Positions 63,621 through 64,000 of a stretch of DNA of 64,000 nucleotides are shown one piece after another. A program made the translations under genes and the position numbers. Below the pieces are notes generated by a model. It was not told where the DNA came from, searched no databases, and saw nothing but the letters and a program-made list of their open reading frames with translations. This stretch comes from Octopus sinensis (lineage: Eukaryota). The DNA is taken from assembly GCF_006345805.1 (NCBI RefSeq), contig NC_043000.1, positions 132,556,001 to 132,620,000 on the forward strand. The letters are read 5' to 3'. The number at the start of each line of letters is the position of its first letter. The stretch's first letter is position 1.

Positions 63621-64000
63621 ATATATAATATATCTGTGTGTGTAACATCAAATCCCCAACGTGTTAACATGGGATCTCCTAACGACAATGTAAACTTCAT
63701 ACAATCAAGGTCTCTTTGGCCTGAAGAGTAGCTTGCGGTCTAACCCTTGTTTGGATAATTTACTACTTCCGAGAATCCGCTAGGTATGGATTTTATCTAC
63801 TCCATTCCCTAATTTTTGAATGTTTATTCGCATACACAACAACTGTTGCTAACCGTGAACTATGTAATTAACTTTTTTTCAGCTTATCGCGCTTCGATAC
63901 GGGGAAAATTCAGAACCTTCTGCGTCAATACACTGCTATTTCTCCTGAAAGTTGCTTTTCATATCTTCTACGGATGCTTGATCCTTGGATGTCACCTTTT

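Overview
AT-rich, microsatellite-saturated animal genomic DNA. The SINE families look like those of octopus (coleoid cephalopod); this is from recall, not a database search. I find no intact host protein-coding gene. Most long ORFs in the track are translations of microsatellites. The recognisable content is transposon-derived: several tRNA-derived SINE families (some as 184-bp tandem multimers), two LINE RT remnants, a full-length but nonsense-inactivated 1286-bp mariner plus mariner and DD37D fragments, Helentron-like MITEs, and a Neptune-type Penelope-like element (PLE; RT + GIY-YIG) flanked by ~715-bp inverted repeats. The main signal is a high density of hammerhead ribozyme (HHR) motifs: about 15 in 64 kb, from at least six unrelated repeat contexts. 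They include (i) a 337-bp tandem unit with one type I HHR per unit, resembling a circRNA-forming retrozyme, with covarying stems in a diverged dispersed copy; (ii) HHRs in both PLE inverted repeats; (iii) a four-copy family with a conserved CUGU core variant; and (iv) a possible type II-topology HHR in an 860-bp tandem duplication. The 55.5-63.6 kb interval is a nest of inverted and tandem duplications that could be real PLE-driven rearrangement or long-read assembly artefact. All folds and alignments were done by eye, and boundaries are approximate to a few bases.
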